From assembly GCA_035193785.1 (NCBI GenBank), contig CP136572.1:4596578-4660577 (forward strand): a stretch of DNA of 64,000 nucleotides, given 5' to 3'. Positions 34,097-46,755 of this stretch are shown one piece after another. How positions within the stretch are numbered: position 1 is the stretch's first letter; each line of letters starts with the position of its first letter. This stretch comes from Planktothrix sp. GU0601_MAG3. GTDB lineage: Bacteria; Cyanobacteriota; Cyanobacteriia; Cyanobacteriales; Microcoleaceae. Both the position numbers and the translations under genes were made by a program. The notes under the pieces were generated by a model. It worked only from the letters and a program-made list of their open reading frames with translations, had not been told where the DNA came from and ran no database searches.

Positions 34097-35628
34097 TTGG
34101 CTAAGGTGAACACAGAAACGAGTGATTGTGATTGGGGCTGGAATTGGAGGCTTAACGGCCGGGGCATTATTAGCCCATCGGGGATATTCGGTTTTAATCC
34201 TAGATCAAGGAATTGTCCCGGGGGGGTGTGCTTCCACCTTTCAACGTCGGGGGTTTACCTTCGATGTCGGGGCGACTCAGGTAGCGGGACTCGAACCGGG
34301 TGGGATTCATTACCGTATTTTCACGGAGTTAGGAATTGAATTACCCGCCGCGACTCCGTGCGATCCCGCTTGTGCCGTTTTTTTACCCGGAGAAACTGAA
34401 CCGATTCAGGTGTGGCGAGATCCCCAAAAATGGCAAGGGGAAAGACAGCGACAATTTCCCGGGAGTGAACCCTTTTGGCAATTAATGACTACCCTATTTC
34501 AAGCCAGTTGGCGGTTTCAATCCCGTGATCCGGTGCTACCTCCTGGGAATTTATGGGATCTGTGGCAATTGATCCAAGCGGTTCGCCCCGATACCCTGAT
34601 CACCCTGCCCTTTGCCTTGATGACGGTGGCTGATGCCCTACGGTTGTATAATTTAGACGGCGATCGACGTCTGAAAACCTTTTTAGATCTGCAACTGAAG
34701 TTATATTCCCAGGTAGACACCGAGGAAACGGCTTTATTGTACGCGGCAACGGCTTTGGGAGTTTCTCAGGCACCCCAGGGGCTGTCACATCTGCAAGGAA
34801 GTATGCAGGTATTAAGCGATCGCTTAGTCCAAGCCCTAGAACGAAATGGGGGCAAACTATTAATGCGGCATACCGTTGAAGCCATTGAAATAGAACGGGA
34901 TCGAGCGATCGCCGTGAAAATCAGGAATCAAAAAACCGGGGAAATTGTGCAGGAAACTGCCGATCATATTGTGGCTAATGTTACCTCCCAAAACCTAATT
35001 AAATTGTTAGATAAAAACGGCAAAAATCATCGGCGATTTTCCATTTCATTACCTCTCTATCAGCGACGAATTAAGCAACTTCCCCCAGCATCGGGGGCAT
35101 TTGTGATCTATTTAGGAGTCCAAGCGGTCGCCCTACCGCCAGAATGTCCTCCCCATCTACAGTTCCTCTATGATCAAGGGCCCATTGGTGAAAATAATTC
35201 TCTTTTTGTCTCCGTCAGTCACCCCGGAGATGGACGAGCCCCCGCCGGACAAGCCACGATCATTGCTTCAAGTTTCACTGAAACCCAACAATGGTGGGAT
35301 TCCCAGGACTATCAGGGTTTGAAACAACACTATATGGACACGGCGATCGGCCGTTTAGGGTCTTACTTTCACCTAACCCCAGAAACCATTCTGCATCAAG
35401 AAGCCGCCACACCTCGTACCTTTGAACGCTATACCGCCCGGGATCAAGGAGTGGTTGGCGGAGTCGGTCAACGGGTTTCCACCTTTGGGCCCTTTGGCTT
35501 AGGGAATCGTACCCCGATCAAAAATCTTTGGTTAGTGGGAGATTCCACCCATCCCGGAGAGGGAAACGGCCGGGGTTTCCTATTCGGCTTTAACCGTTGT
35601 TCGTCAAATTGATGCGATTAATTCTTAG
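34097..35628 (+). CDS. crtD: Carotenoid C-3',4' desaturase (myxoxanthophyll pathway); frameshifts near 34116 and 35564
   Basis: VIVIGAGIGGLTAGALLA, GFTFDVGATQVAGLEPGGIH, FLDLQLKLYSQ, VGDSTHPGEGTAGVSYSA after repair. Confidence 0.85.
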
Positions 35629-35855
35629 TAAGAATTTTCTTGTTTTTAGGAACTTGAACCGATCTCTGATCTCTTTGAATTTGGGTATAGCCAAAACTGT
35701 CTAAAGCGGTTACAATCAAAATTGTTCAAGCCAGTATCTATCAATCAATAGATTTGAAAATGATACGGATAGATAACTTCACCGGTGATCAGGGTAGCAC
35801 TCCCATTTAGGGATAATTAAAAAGACAACCCATCAAAAGATTGAGTCAATAAATA

Positions 35856-37005
35856 ATGGATAAACACAAAACAATTATTATGCTCGGCCCTTCTCCCTCA
35901 GAAAAAGGTGGAATGGGAAGTGTTGAAACCTTGATTCTCAACATAGCATCAAGGGAATTCACGATCAAGCATATCACGACCTGGAATGGTCAGGTGAGTC
36001 GGTTTACCAAGCTGTCCACAGCTACCGTCTTTATCAAAGCCTTTTTAGCATTTTTATGGAAGTTGTTAAAAGGAGAAGTTGATCTGGTTCACCTCCATGT
36101 CTCAGAACGGGGAAGTGTGGTTCGCAAAAGCCTAATTGCCTTAGTGTGTATGGTAACGGGAAAACCGTTTATTCTTCATGCCCATGGCTGTGAATTTCAT
36201 GAATTTTATGAAAAATTGCCCCGGGGGGTACAGCAACTGATTACATCGGTATTCCGGCGTTCCGCCTATTTGATTGCTTTGTCAGACAGTTGGAGGAATT
36301 ATTATATTGATACCTGTCATCTCGCGCCGGAACAAGTGGTGGTTCTAAATAACCCCGTGGCCCTGCCTGAACATTGGCAGAAAACCGCATCCGCCGGCCG
36401 ACTCAGATTTGTCTTTTTAGGAAAAATTAACAAACGTAAAGGGATTTTTGATTTATTGGCTGCTTTTGCTAACCTGGAACCCATTTACAGAAATCAAGTT
36501 GAATTAGTCTTAGCGGGAAACTGGGGAAGTTGAACAGGCTAAAAATTTAGCGATACAATTAGGAATTCAAGATCAAATCGTTTTTCCGGGTTGGATTGAC
36601 CAACAGCAACGCGATCAATTATTAGCTCAAAGTGATGTGATGCTACTCCCCTCCTATAATGAAGGACTGCCGATGGCGATTTTAGAAGCCATGAGTTGGG
36701 GACTTCCGATTATTACTACTCCCGTCGGCGGTATACCCGAAGTCATCGAAAATGGCAAAACCGGATTATTGGTCAGCCCGGGTCATGTCCCAGACCTGAC
36801 CACGGCTATGCAGTCTTTAATTGAAAATCCCTCATTCAGATCATCTTTAGGTTGCGCCGCGCGTAAACGGGTGGAACCCTTGTCTATTGAGCATTACAGC
36901 GATGCTTTATTTAGCCTCTATGATCGTATTTTTCAACAAAAGGAAAATCACCGCCACCCTCAAGAAGACGGGGAATCGGATGGACTACACAAACAAGTTC
37001 CGTAG
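35856..37005 (+). CDS. GT4 glycosyltransferase; frameshift near 36518
   Basis: KGGMGSV, LHAHG, KRKGIFDL, LPSYNEGLPMAILEAM. Confidence 0.88.
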
Positions 37006-37174
37006 GGAGAATCGATTCGGATCACACAATCTTGAAGTGGAACTTCTACAATTGTATAAATACAGTGATGCTCAAAATGTTTGAGTTCCGATCGGTCGGT
37101 CAGTGCTGAACGAAATTCAGGAGTGTCTAACCTTTGGGCATGGTGTAACAACACGGGTGAATGATTAAGTAGTT

Positions 37175-39399
37175 ATGGAACCTCAAGAGTATCCAGAAGA
37201 TATTGATTTTATAAAATACTGGCTGATTCTCAAACGCCATTGGTTACCCGCAGCCGGGATTGCCTGTCTTGTCATCGCGTTTTCCTTATTTTCTGCCATG
37301 AAAAGTGAGAAAAGCTATGGTGCTTTTGGGAAATTGCGGTTAAAAAAACTCAGCACCACGTCGGCATTGGTCACGGATGCTGGAGAAAAAATTAGTACCC
37401 TGGATAGTTTGGATGCCAAAAATACTCCTATTGATACGGAAGCTGAAGTGATTCGTTCGGCTCCCATTGTTGAGATGGTGATTAAGGAATTAAACTTGAA
37501 AGACAAAGACGGCGAAACGATTGGCTATGAAGACTTTCTCAAAAATTTGGGGGTTGCCCTGATTCGAGGAACGGATATTTTAGGGATTTCCTATGAAAGT
37601 CCAAACCCCAAAGAAGCTGAAGCTGTTGTTAATAAAGTCATGGAGCTTTATATCCAAAATAATATTTTAGTCAACCGTTCTGAAGCAGCCGCCGCCCGCA
37701 AATTTATCAGTTCACAGCTACCCAAACAGGAAAAAGAACTGCAAGCGGCAGAAGCAGAATTAAGAAACTTCAAAGAAAAATACAATATTGTTAATTTAGA
37801 TGAAGAAGTCAGGTTGGTGGTCGGAAACCATTGAGTCCTTAGACAATCAAATCGAAGCGGTTCAGGTGGCTTTGGGAAAGGTGAATGGTCAAATCCTGGA
37901 AATGCGCCAAAAAATGGATACTACCTCGGAGGCGGCTATAGTTCGCAGTAACTTAATGGCTTCCTCCGGGGTACAACAAGTTTTGGCTAAATTGGAGGCG
38001 GTTGAAGATCAATTAGCCGTTCTCAGAACTCGTTTCCTCGATACCAGCCCGGAAATTATATCTTTAGAAAGTGAAAAAGCCGCCCTAAAAGCCGTTTTAA
38101 AAGAAAGGGTGGGAACCACTTTGGGCACTCAAGAACTGCCGTCAGGAAGTTTACAAAGTAGCACTTTAGAACAAACTTTGACTCAGCAGTTAATTACTTT
38201 GGAGACGGAAAAAGGAGGTCTGATTAGTCAGTTAAAGTCTTTGGAAATTGCTCGCCAACAACAAAAGGAACGGGCTTTACTTTTACCTCAATTGGAACAA
38301 ACTCAACGAAAACTCACCCGACAGGTTACCTCCTCCCAAACTACCTATGAAATCCTTTCTACTCGATTACAACAAGTCAGGATTGCCGAAAATCAAAATG
38401 TGGGAAATGCCCAGATTATTAGTCAAGCCATTGTCGGGAAAGACCCGGTTTCTAAAAGTAAAAAGGTAGTGGTAATTGGGGGGGTCGTTGTTGGTGGAAT
38501 GCTCTATGTTATCGTATCATTCCTTTTCGAGTTAATGGATCCATCGATTAAGACAATCAAGGAAATTAGGACTTTGTTTAGTCCCTATACCCTATTGGCA
38601 ATTATTCCGGCTTCTAAGAAAAAAATGCGTTGGTCGGGAATCAAGTTTGAACGGATTACGCCCTATCTTCCGGTGAAAGATGAACCCCATTCTTTGATTA
38701 GTGAATCCTACCGGATGTTGCAGGCTAACTTGAATTTTATTAGTCCCGATCGGGAATTAAAAGTGATTGTTGTCACCAGTATTGGGGCGAAGGAAGGAAA
38801 GTCTAAGGTATCCGCTAATTTAGCCTTGGCGATCGCCCAATTAGGCAAACGGGTTTTACTGATTGATGCGGATTTACGCCAGCCTCGACAGCATCATATT
38901 TGGGACTTAACCCAGGAATTAAACCCCAAAGGATTAAGTGATGTGATTGTCAATCAAGCGGAATGGCAATGGGCTGTGCGGACGGTGATGCCCAATTTGG
39001 ACGTTTTACCCTCCGGGGCGACTCCTCCGAACTCCCTGGCTCTTGTAGGTTCTAAACGGATGAATTTTTTACTAGAGGAGTTTCGGAAACACTATGATTT
39101 TGTGATTTGCGATACTCCTTCCCTGTTGCTGGTTGCGGATGCGTTAACCTTAAGTAAATTCACCGATGGTATTTTGTTGGTGATCCGACCCGGCAGCATT
39201 GATACCGTCAGCGCCACCGCCGCCCGAGAAACAGTTAATCAAATCCAGTCAAACCGTTCTCGGTATTGTTGTTAATGATCTTGAAAGTGATAATGAACCC
39301 GATAGTTATTTCCATCACGCCAAGGTATACTCTAATCAGGATAAAAGCAGCCAAAAACGTCTAGCTTTAAAGAATAAAAGATTAAAAGCCATGAAGTAA
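37175..39399 (+). CDS. wzc: Polysaccharide chain-length regulator / tyrosine autokinase (GumC/Wzc); frameshifts near 37825 and 39228
   Basis: Wzz-like N-terminus and coiled coil, ESYRMLQANL, TSIGAKEGKS, IDADLR, DTP. Confidence 0.85.
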
Positions 39400-39406
39400 A
39401 AACTTA

Positions 39407-40732
39407 ATGCTAAATAAAATTACTACGGCGATTCAAAAGAAGATTAAACCCGAACAGTTTAAAATTCTCACCAATATTGGTTGGCTATTGAGCGAAAGAG
39501 TATTCCGCATGATCATGGGGTTTTTCCTCCTGGCTTGGACGGCTCGTTATTTGGGGGCAAATCAGTTTGGAGAATTAAATTATGCGATCGCTTTTGGGGC
39601 AATTTTTCTACCTCTGTTTCAACTAGCTTCTGATCAAATTATTTTTAGGGATTTAGTCAGAACTCCTAACCTAAAGGAAAGTATTTTGGGTACGGGGTTT
39701 CTGCTTAAATTGTTCATTGGAATTATCGTTTTTGTCTTGGCATCAGGATCAATCATTTTTTTGCAGCCCAATGAACCCCTAACGATTAATTTAGTTATTA
39801 TTGTCTCGATTCCCTCCTTGTTTGGAGGAGTCTCAATTATTGAAGCCTGGTTTCAATCCCAGGTGGAATTAAAGTATACCATCTGGTCAAGAAATATTGT
39901 TTTTGTCTTCGTTACCTTAATTAGAATTTTCTTATTACAAAATCAAGCAAATCTCATGGCTTTTGCCTGGCTAGTCGTCATTGAAAATGCAGCTAACGCT
40001 ATTGGATTTGTTATAATTTATCGGCTCACAGGTAAAAACATTTTTGCCTGGCGAGGCAATTGGAAACGGGCTAAAAAGTTAATGAAAGTCAGTTGGCCTT
40101 TGATTTTATCGAGTTTAGCAATTACAATTTATCTACGCATTGATCAGGTGATGTTGGGGCAGTTAGCGGATGCTGAACAAGTGGGTCTTTATTCCGCCGC
40201 CGTCCGCCTGTCTGAAGTCTGGCCCTTCGCTTCAACGGCGATTATTAAATCCATTGCTCCTTCAATTATTGCAGCTAAAAACGACAGCGAAGAACTCTAT
40301 TATAAAAAATTACAACGGCTGGCAACTTCCCAGGCCTTATTGGTTTATTGTATTGCCATCCCGATGACATTTTTAGCCACTCCGTTTGTTGTTTTAGTAT
40401 TTGGTAAAGAATATGCAGCGGCGGGTGGGGTGCTGGCAATTCATATTTGGTCTTCGATGTTTCTATTTTTAGGCTATGTGAAAGAAATTTGGATTACCAC
40501 CGAGGAGTTAACGGTATTTGCCTTTTTCTTTAGTGTCGTCGGGGCTTTGAGCAATGTGATTTTGAACTTCTGGTTAATTCCTAAATATCAAGCAATGGGG
40601 GCTGCTATTGCCACGGTGGTTTCCTATGGATGTGCAGATTATCTCGCCTGCTTTTTCTATAAACCGGCGCGGAAGTTTGGTTGGATTATGACACAGGCAA
40701 TGACCCTAAATTTGATTAAATATCGTCCTTAA
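39407..40732 (+). CDS. wzx: Polysaccharide flippase
   Basis: Multi-TM; NIGWLLSERVFR, ARYLG, IYLRIDQVMLG, VGLYSAAVRLSE. Confidence 0.88.
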   Translation: MLNKITTAIQKKIKPEQFKILTNIGWLLSERVFRMIMGFFLLAWTARYLGANQFGELNYAIAFGAIFLPLFQLASDQIIFRDLVRTPNLKESILGTGFLLKLFIGIIVFVLASGSIIFLQPNEPLTINLVIIVSIPSLFGGVSIIEAWFQSQVELKYTIWSRNIVFVFVTLIRIFLLQNQANLMAFAWLVVIENAANAIGFVIIYRLTGKNIFAWRGNWKRAKKLMKVSWPLILSSLAITIYLRIDQVMLGQLADAEQVGLYSAAVRLSEVWPFASTAIIKSIAPSIIAAKNDSEELYYKKLQRLATSQALLVYCIAIPMTFLATPFVVLVFGKEYAAAGGVLAIHIWSSMFLFLGYVKEIWITTEELTVFAFFFSVVGALSNVILNFWLIPKYQAMGAAIATVVSYGCADYLACFFYKPARKFGWIMTQAMTLNLIKYRP

Positions 40733-40836
40733 TCATTCTTGGCATTGAGCATCAAACAAGATAAATTAGAGTGATATAATGGGAACGCCATCAGAAGTGA
40801 CTCTATATATAACCCACAACCATTGAGGAAAGTTTT

Positions 40837-41742
40837 GTGTCCCATACCCCCTTAGTAAGTATTCTGATTAATAATTATAACTATGGTCGTTTTCTGGCTG
40901 AAGCCATTGATAGTGGTTTAAATCAGACCTACCCTAATATTGAAGTGATTGTTGTTGATGATGGCTCAACGGATAATTCTAGGTCTATTATTGCCAATTA
41001 TCAGCAAAAAATTATTCCGATTTTAAAGGAAAATGGTGGTCAAGCAACCGCTTTTAATATTGGGTTTGCTGCCAGTCGGGGAGATATTATCTGTTTTTTA
41101 GATTCTGATGATTTATTTGAACCACAAAAAATTACAGAAATTGTACAAATATTTGAACAGAATCCTGAAGTTAGTTGGTGTTTTCATCCCTTAACTTATA
41201 TCGGAGATAAAATAGACACAGAAGCTTTAGAAACGACTACCGGGACAGAGGGAATTTATGATTTGTGCGGTTCCATAAAACAGGGAAAACTCCAAGGAAA
41301 ACTTCCCTTTGGTACTGCCACCTCGGCAATTTGTTTTAAACGAGAGCTTCTGGAAAAAATTCTCCCCATGCCCGAAGCCATTAGAATTACTAGCGATGAT
41401 TATATTAAATATTTAGCATTAGGATTAACCCCAGGATTTATCCTGTTTAAAAAACTAGCTATTCAGAGAATCCATGGCGATAATGCTTACACGTTTAAAC
41501 CGGAGAAAATTGACTTAAGAATTAAAATTCTTTGTCTGACGGCTTACTGGATGAAAAAAAACTTTCCCCAGTTTGAAAAATTCTCCAATAATATGTTCGC
41601 TCTAGCTGTGGGTTTAGATTGGCGCTATGGCAGTAAAAATGAAGAAAATAGTCAACTGAAGCAGAATTATATCGCATCAACCCCGATGGTCTCTCTAATA
41701 GAAATCTACCTTAGAGCTACCTATTACCGGATCAAACCATGA
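40837..41742 (+). CDS. GT2 glycosyltransferase
   Basis: VSILINNYNYGRFL, VVDDGSTD, FLDSDD. Confidence 0.9.
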   Translation: MSHTPLVSILINNYNYGRFLAEAIDSGLNQTYPNIEVIVVDDGSTDNSRSIIANYQQKIIPILKENGGQATAFNIGFAASRGDIICFLDSDDLFEPQKITEIVQIFEQNPEVSWCFHPLTYIGDKIDTEALETTTGTEGIYDLCGSIKQGKLQGKLPFGTATSAICFKRELLEKILPMPEAIRITSDDYIKYLALGLTPGFILFKKLAIQRIHGDNAYTFKPEKIDLRIKILCLTAYWMKKNFPQFEKFSNNMFALAVGLDWRYGSKNEENSQLKQNYIASTPMVSLIEIYLRATYYRIKP

Positions 41743-43035
41743 AACTCCGCCATAAATTTTTTTGAAAAGCGATTCGCTATTTTTTCCCTGCTATTTCTCA
41801 CCGGACTATTTCGGTTGGCTAGTTTTTTTACCAGTCCCGATGCTAAAGCCGATTTACTACCTACCTATAATCCTTTTGATAAAGTTTCTTCATTATTTCA
41901 ACAATTTATTTATTTAGTATCGCTGTTTTTACTGATTTCTCGACCCAAAGCTTCAATCCGTACTGCAATTCGAGATCCTTGGGTTTGGATGTTAACCTTC
42001 ATGTCCATCTTTTCTTTTCTCTGGTCAGATTATCCTGATATTTCTCTGCGAAAAGGGATTACAACCTTGCAAACCAGCTATTTTGGTCTGTATATGGCTT
42101 CCCGTTTTACCCTAAAACAACAGTTACAAATGTTGTCTTGGGCTTTAGGAATCATTGCCATTTTTTCGTTTTTCTTTACCTTGGCATTTTCTAGTGTTGC
42201 CATCGAATCCGGTGCGAATGCCGGGTCTTGGCGGGGGCCATTTACTCAGAAAAACCTGTTAGCTCGACTGATGGTTTTATCAGCGATTGTTTTCATTTTG
42301 TTAGCACTAGATAATCCCAAATATCCTAAAGTTTCTTGGGGTTTATTTGCTCACTCCATCCTAATGATTCTGTTAACGGGATCGAAAACAGCCCTATTAT
42401 TACTCTTAACTATCCTGATTCTTCTTCCCCTTTATAAAATCCTGCGCGAAAAAGATACAGTCATTATTCCTACGCTAGTTATTATTATCTTAGTAGGTGG
42501 AAGTTCCCTAATTTTTATCACGGAGAATTGGGTAGAGCTTTTAGCTGCCCTAGGTCGAGATCCGACCTTGAGTGGTCGAACCACATTGTGGGAAATTGCG
42601 ATCGAAAAAATCAAACAACGATATTGGTTAGGCTATGGATATCAAGCATTTTGGTTGCCAGGAGGAGCCTGTGAAGTGATTTGGAAACATGAGGGTTATA
42701 AACCGCCCCATGCCCATAATGGGTTTGTGAATATGGCTCTTGATTTCGGTGTCTTGGGTTTAATTATATTTTTTCTTACACTTTTGGTGACTTATGTTCG
42801 CGGGATTATTTGGTTACGCTTAGGAAAAACAACGGTTGAACTCTGGCCACTTTTTTATGTCACCTTCTTTTTCATGTATAATCACACCGAAAATACAATC
42901 ATCGAACATAATTCGCTCTTTTGGGCTTTATTAGTATCCGTTTCGCTGTCAATGAAACGAGTCAAATCCGTGAAAAATCTACCCATGTCGAAGGATTTAT
43001 ACTTGTATGCAAAAGTTCAGCAAAACTCAGAATAA
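41739..43035 (+). CDS. O-antigen ligase / Wzy-like polymerase, copy 1; frameshift at ~41743
   Basis: WRGPFTQKN, TGSKTA, TLSGRT, WLGYGY, HAHNG; ATG overlaps the GT2 stop. Confidence 0.85.
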
Positions 43036-43177
43036 TATTCTTCAGGTTTTTGGGATTTTTCATAGAAAATACCTAATGGGCAATCGTAATTTATCTTTCG
43101 AGTGTTATTTTCATAGAAATTATCCTTCTAGTTTTATATTGTAAGTGATTGATTAAATATTTCATATCTTACCTAAA

Positions 43178-43340
43178 ATTCTTAAATAATATGTTAGCTT
43201 TAGGAATAGGTTTAGATTGACTTTGGGGTAGTCTAACTGAAGAAAATCGTCAACTTATGCAGGGTTATATCGCATAGACCCCAATGGTTTACCTCGTAGA
43301 AATCTACCTTAGAGCTACCTATTACCGGATCAAACCATGA
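43178..43340 (+). pseudogene. Decayed duplicate of the 3' end of the GT2 gene
   Basis: Aligns by eye with ~41580-41742; TAGAAATCTACCTTAGAGCTACCTATTACCGGATCAAACCATGAA is identical; in-frame stops further upstream. Confidence 0.8.
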
Positions 43341-44636
43341 ACTCCGCCTTAAATTTTTTTGAAAAGCGATTTGCAATTTTTTCTTACCTGTTTTTGACGG
43401 GAGTATTGCGCTTTGCGAGTTTTTATACGAGTCCCGATGCCACCAACGATGCCGTCCCTACCTATAATCCCTTTGATAAAATTGGGTCATTATTTCAGCA
43501 ATTCATTTATTTAACTTCACTTTTTTTATTAGTTTCCCGACCCAAAGGTTTCAGCCCGAGCCGCGATTCGAGATCCTTGGGTGTGGACGTTAGCCTTGAT
43601 GGCTTTGTTCTCTTTTCTGTGGTCAGATTATCCCGCTATTTCTCGCAGAAAAGGGATTACAACCCTACAAACCACCTATTTGGGACTCTATCTTGCTTCC
43701 CGTTTTACCCTGAAACAACAGTTACAAATGTTGTGCTGGGCTTTTGGAATTATTACGGTGTTTTCGTTTCTATTTTCCCTCGCCTTTCGGGGTGTGGCGG
43801 TGGAATCGGGAGCCAATGCGGGGTCTTGGCGGGGGCCATTTACTCAGAAGAATCTCTTGGCTCGACTGATGGTTTTAGCGGCGATTATTTTTATTTTAAT
43901 TGCCCTAGATAAGCCTAAATATCCTAAATTGGCTTGGGGTTTGTTTGGAAATGCGGTGCTGATGATTCTGTTAACCGGATCAAAAACCGCCCTATTATTA
44001 TTCCTGACAATCCTCATGGTTTTACCTCTGTATAACCTCCTGCGAAAAAAAGACACAATCTTGATTCCACTCCTAGTTTCGGTGATTTTAATCGGGGGGA
44101 GTTCTTTGATGTTTATTACAGAGAATTGGATAGATCTTTTAGCCGCCTTGGGTCGAGATCCCACCTTAAGTGGTCGAACCACATTGTGGGAAATTGCGAT
44201 CGAAAAAATCAAACAACGATATTGGTTAGGCTATGGATATCAAGCATTTTGGGTGGCAGGAGGAGCCTGCGAAGTCATTTGGAAACATGAAGGCTATAAA
44301 CCCCCCCATGCCCATAATGGGTTTGTGAACATATCACTTGATCTGGGAGTTTTGGGTTTAATAATATTTTTAACAATTATTATTGTCACCTATGCTCGCG
44401 GTATTATCTGGTTACGCGCTGGCAACACATGGGCGGAACTCTGGCCAATTTGCTATATCACCTTCTTTTTCATGTACAATCATACTGAAAGTACAATTAT
44501 TGAGCACAACTCGATTTTTTGGACTTTATTAGTCTCCGTTGCCCTGTCAATGAAACGAGTTAAACCCACAAGAAATCTGCCCCTACCGTCGGATTTATAC
44601 TTAGTTGATAAAAAAGTCAAGCAAAACTCAGAATAA
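43337..44636 (+). CDS. O-antigen ligase / Wzy-like polymerase, copy 2; frameshift near 43549
   Basis: Close paralog of copy 1 with the same motifs. Confidence 0.85.
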
Positions 44637-44690
44637 TTGTCTTGGGGTTTTTTGTATTAATATTGATTCATCATTAATTGATTCTCAGCC

Positions 44691-45786
44691 ATGACAGATA
44701 TTGCAATTTTTTTAATGGATTTAGGAGGCGGCGGTGCTGAACGGGTAATGATCAACTTAGCCCAAGGTTTTGTTGAACATCAACTCAGCGTTGATTTGGT
44801 TTTAGTCCAAGCTAAAGGCCCTTATCTTTCCCAACTTCCTGCCGGAATCAACGTCATTACCCTAAACAGTTCTCGATTGCTTTCCAGCCTTCCTAAATTA
44901 GTTAATTATCTCAAAGAAAAGCAACCTAAATTTTTACTTTCCGCCTTAGATGATACTAATTTTATCGCTATTTTAGCCGGAAAAATTGCCGGAAATTCAA
45001 CAAAAGTAGCGGTGACAGTACATAATAATCTTTCCCGGGAATCCCAGAATGCACCCCAACTCAAACGACGTTTAACCCCGACTTTTGTGGGTTGGTTTTA
45101 TCCCCGGGCGGACTATGTGATTGGAGTTTCAAATGGAGTAACCGATAACCTAATTACCTTGGGATCTCCCCCAGAAAAAACCCACTCCATTTATAACCCA
45201 ATTGTGAGTGCAGAATTATTAGAAAAAATTCAAGAAACCCGTTGACCATCCTTGGTTTGCCCCCGGTCAACCGCCTGTTATTTTAGGAGTAGGACGCCTG
45301 ACTGCTCAAAAGGATTTTGCGACTTTAATTCGAGCTTTTGCCCAAGTCCGAAAACAGTACAAAGCCCGACTGATGATTTTAGGAGAAGGAAAAGAACAGA
45401 CCGCTTTAAAAACTTTAGTAGAAGACTTTGACTTAACCGAAGATGTTGCCTTTCCCGGGTTTGTTGATAATCCCTATTCCTATATGGCACGCGCCGGGGT
45501 GCTGGTGTTATCCTCGGCTTGGGAAGGGTTTGGGAATGTTTTAGTAGAAGCCATGGTGGCGGGGACTCCGGTGGTGTCTACGGATTGCGAAAGTGGCCCG
45601 GCGGAGATTTTAGCCCAGGGAAAATATGGTAAGTTGGTGCCCGTTGCCGATAGTCAGGCGATGGCTGAGGCTATTCTTGCCACCCTCACAGAAACGGCCA
45701 ATCCTGAATTCTTGAAACAACGGGCGATGGAGTTTTCTTTGGAAAATTCTGTGTGCCAATACCTGCGGATTTTACGGATGGATTAA
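44691..45786 (+). CDS. GT4 glycosyltransferase; frameshift near 45235
   Basis: GGGAERV, IYNP, VGRL, SSAWEGFGNVLVEAM. Confidence 0.88.
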
Positions 45787-45931
45787 GTTGTTAAATGATT
45801 TAATATCCGTAAAAACCATGATAATATATTGTTAATTTTGAATCCTCTGGGTGTATTCACAACAGATGAACGGAAAATCGGTTCATCGGCTTCGCTAAAA
45901 TTGCATTACAGTTGTTTTGGGACAATTTAAG

Positions 45932-46729
45932 ATGATCGTGTTTATTATTCCTGTCAAGAGTAAGAAAGTCGCCACCTCTTGGCCCGATCTGTGTAAACTG
46001 TTTGAGCGGTCTTTGCGTGCGGTTTGTCACCAAACTTCACCGGATTTTAAAGTAATTGTGGTTTGTAATGAAAAACCCACCACTTCTTTTGAACATCCCA
46101 ACGTTGAATATTTGTGCGTTGATTTTCCGCCTCCAGGGGAAGGATATGGGGTAAAAGTTGATGATCGAGCCAAAAGAGTTGTGGCTGGACTATTTGCAGT
46201 TAAACACCTCCAACCCTCCCATGTAATGTCCGTAGATGCCGATGATTGTATTAGTAAAAATATTGCTGAATTTGTCAATAAAAATCCCGAAAAAAATGGT
46301 TGGTATGTTGACCAGGGCTATGAATATGACGAAGGCAGTTCTAAAATAGCGGTTAAAAAAGAAGGGTTTTATCGGATTTGTGGGACTTGTAATATTGTCA
46401 ATTATCGTCTGTTTACATTGCCACCTGAAATGATGCAATATGATCAGTTAACCGGGTATGACCGATTTTTGGGGGGACATCCCTTAGCGAAGGGAGATTT
46501 AGCCGAAAGAGGAACACCTCTGGAAGCCCTGCCTTTTCCTGGGGTTGTGTTTGTCCGAGATCAAGCCGGGGAAAGTGTATCAATGCAGGAATCGTTTTTG
46601 GAGAAATGGAAACGCAACCCCAAGGAAACATTAAGAGGCGTGAAAAAAAGACTAATGGCACCCTTTAATGAACAGGTTTTAACTGATAGTATTCGAGAAG
46701 AATTTGGATTATACGCTTTGAATCGTTAA
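45932..46729 (+). CDS. GT-A (GT2-like) glycosyltransferase, paralog 1
   Basis: MIVFIIPVKS, VIVVCNEKP, VDADDC. Confidence 0.75.
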   Translation: MIVFIIPVKSKKVATSWPDLCKLFERSLRAVCHQTSPDFKVIVVCNEKPTTSFEHPNVEYLCVDFPPPGEGYGVKVDDRAKRVVAGLFAVKHLQPSHVMSVDADDCISKNIAEFVNKNPEKNGWYVDQGYEYDEGSSKIAVKKEGFYRICGTCNIVNYRLFTLPPEMMQYDQLTGYDRFLGGHPLAKGDLAERGTPLEALPFPGVVFVRDQAGESVSMQESFLEKWKRNPKETLRGVKKRLMAPFNEQVLTDSIREEFGLYALNR

Positions 46730-46755
46730 CGTTTGATTTATTTTAGGAATCTGTC

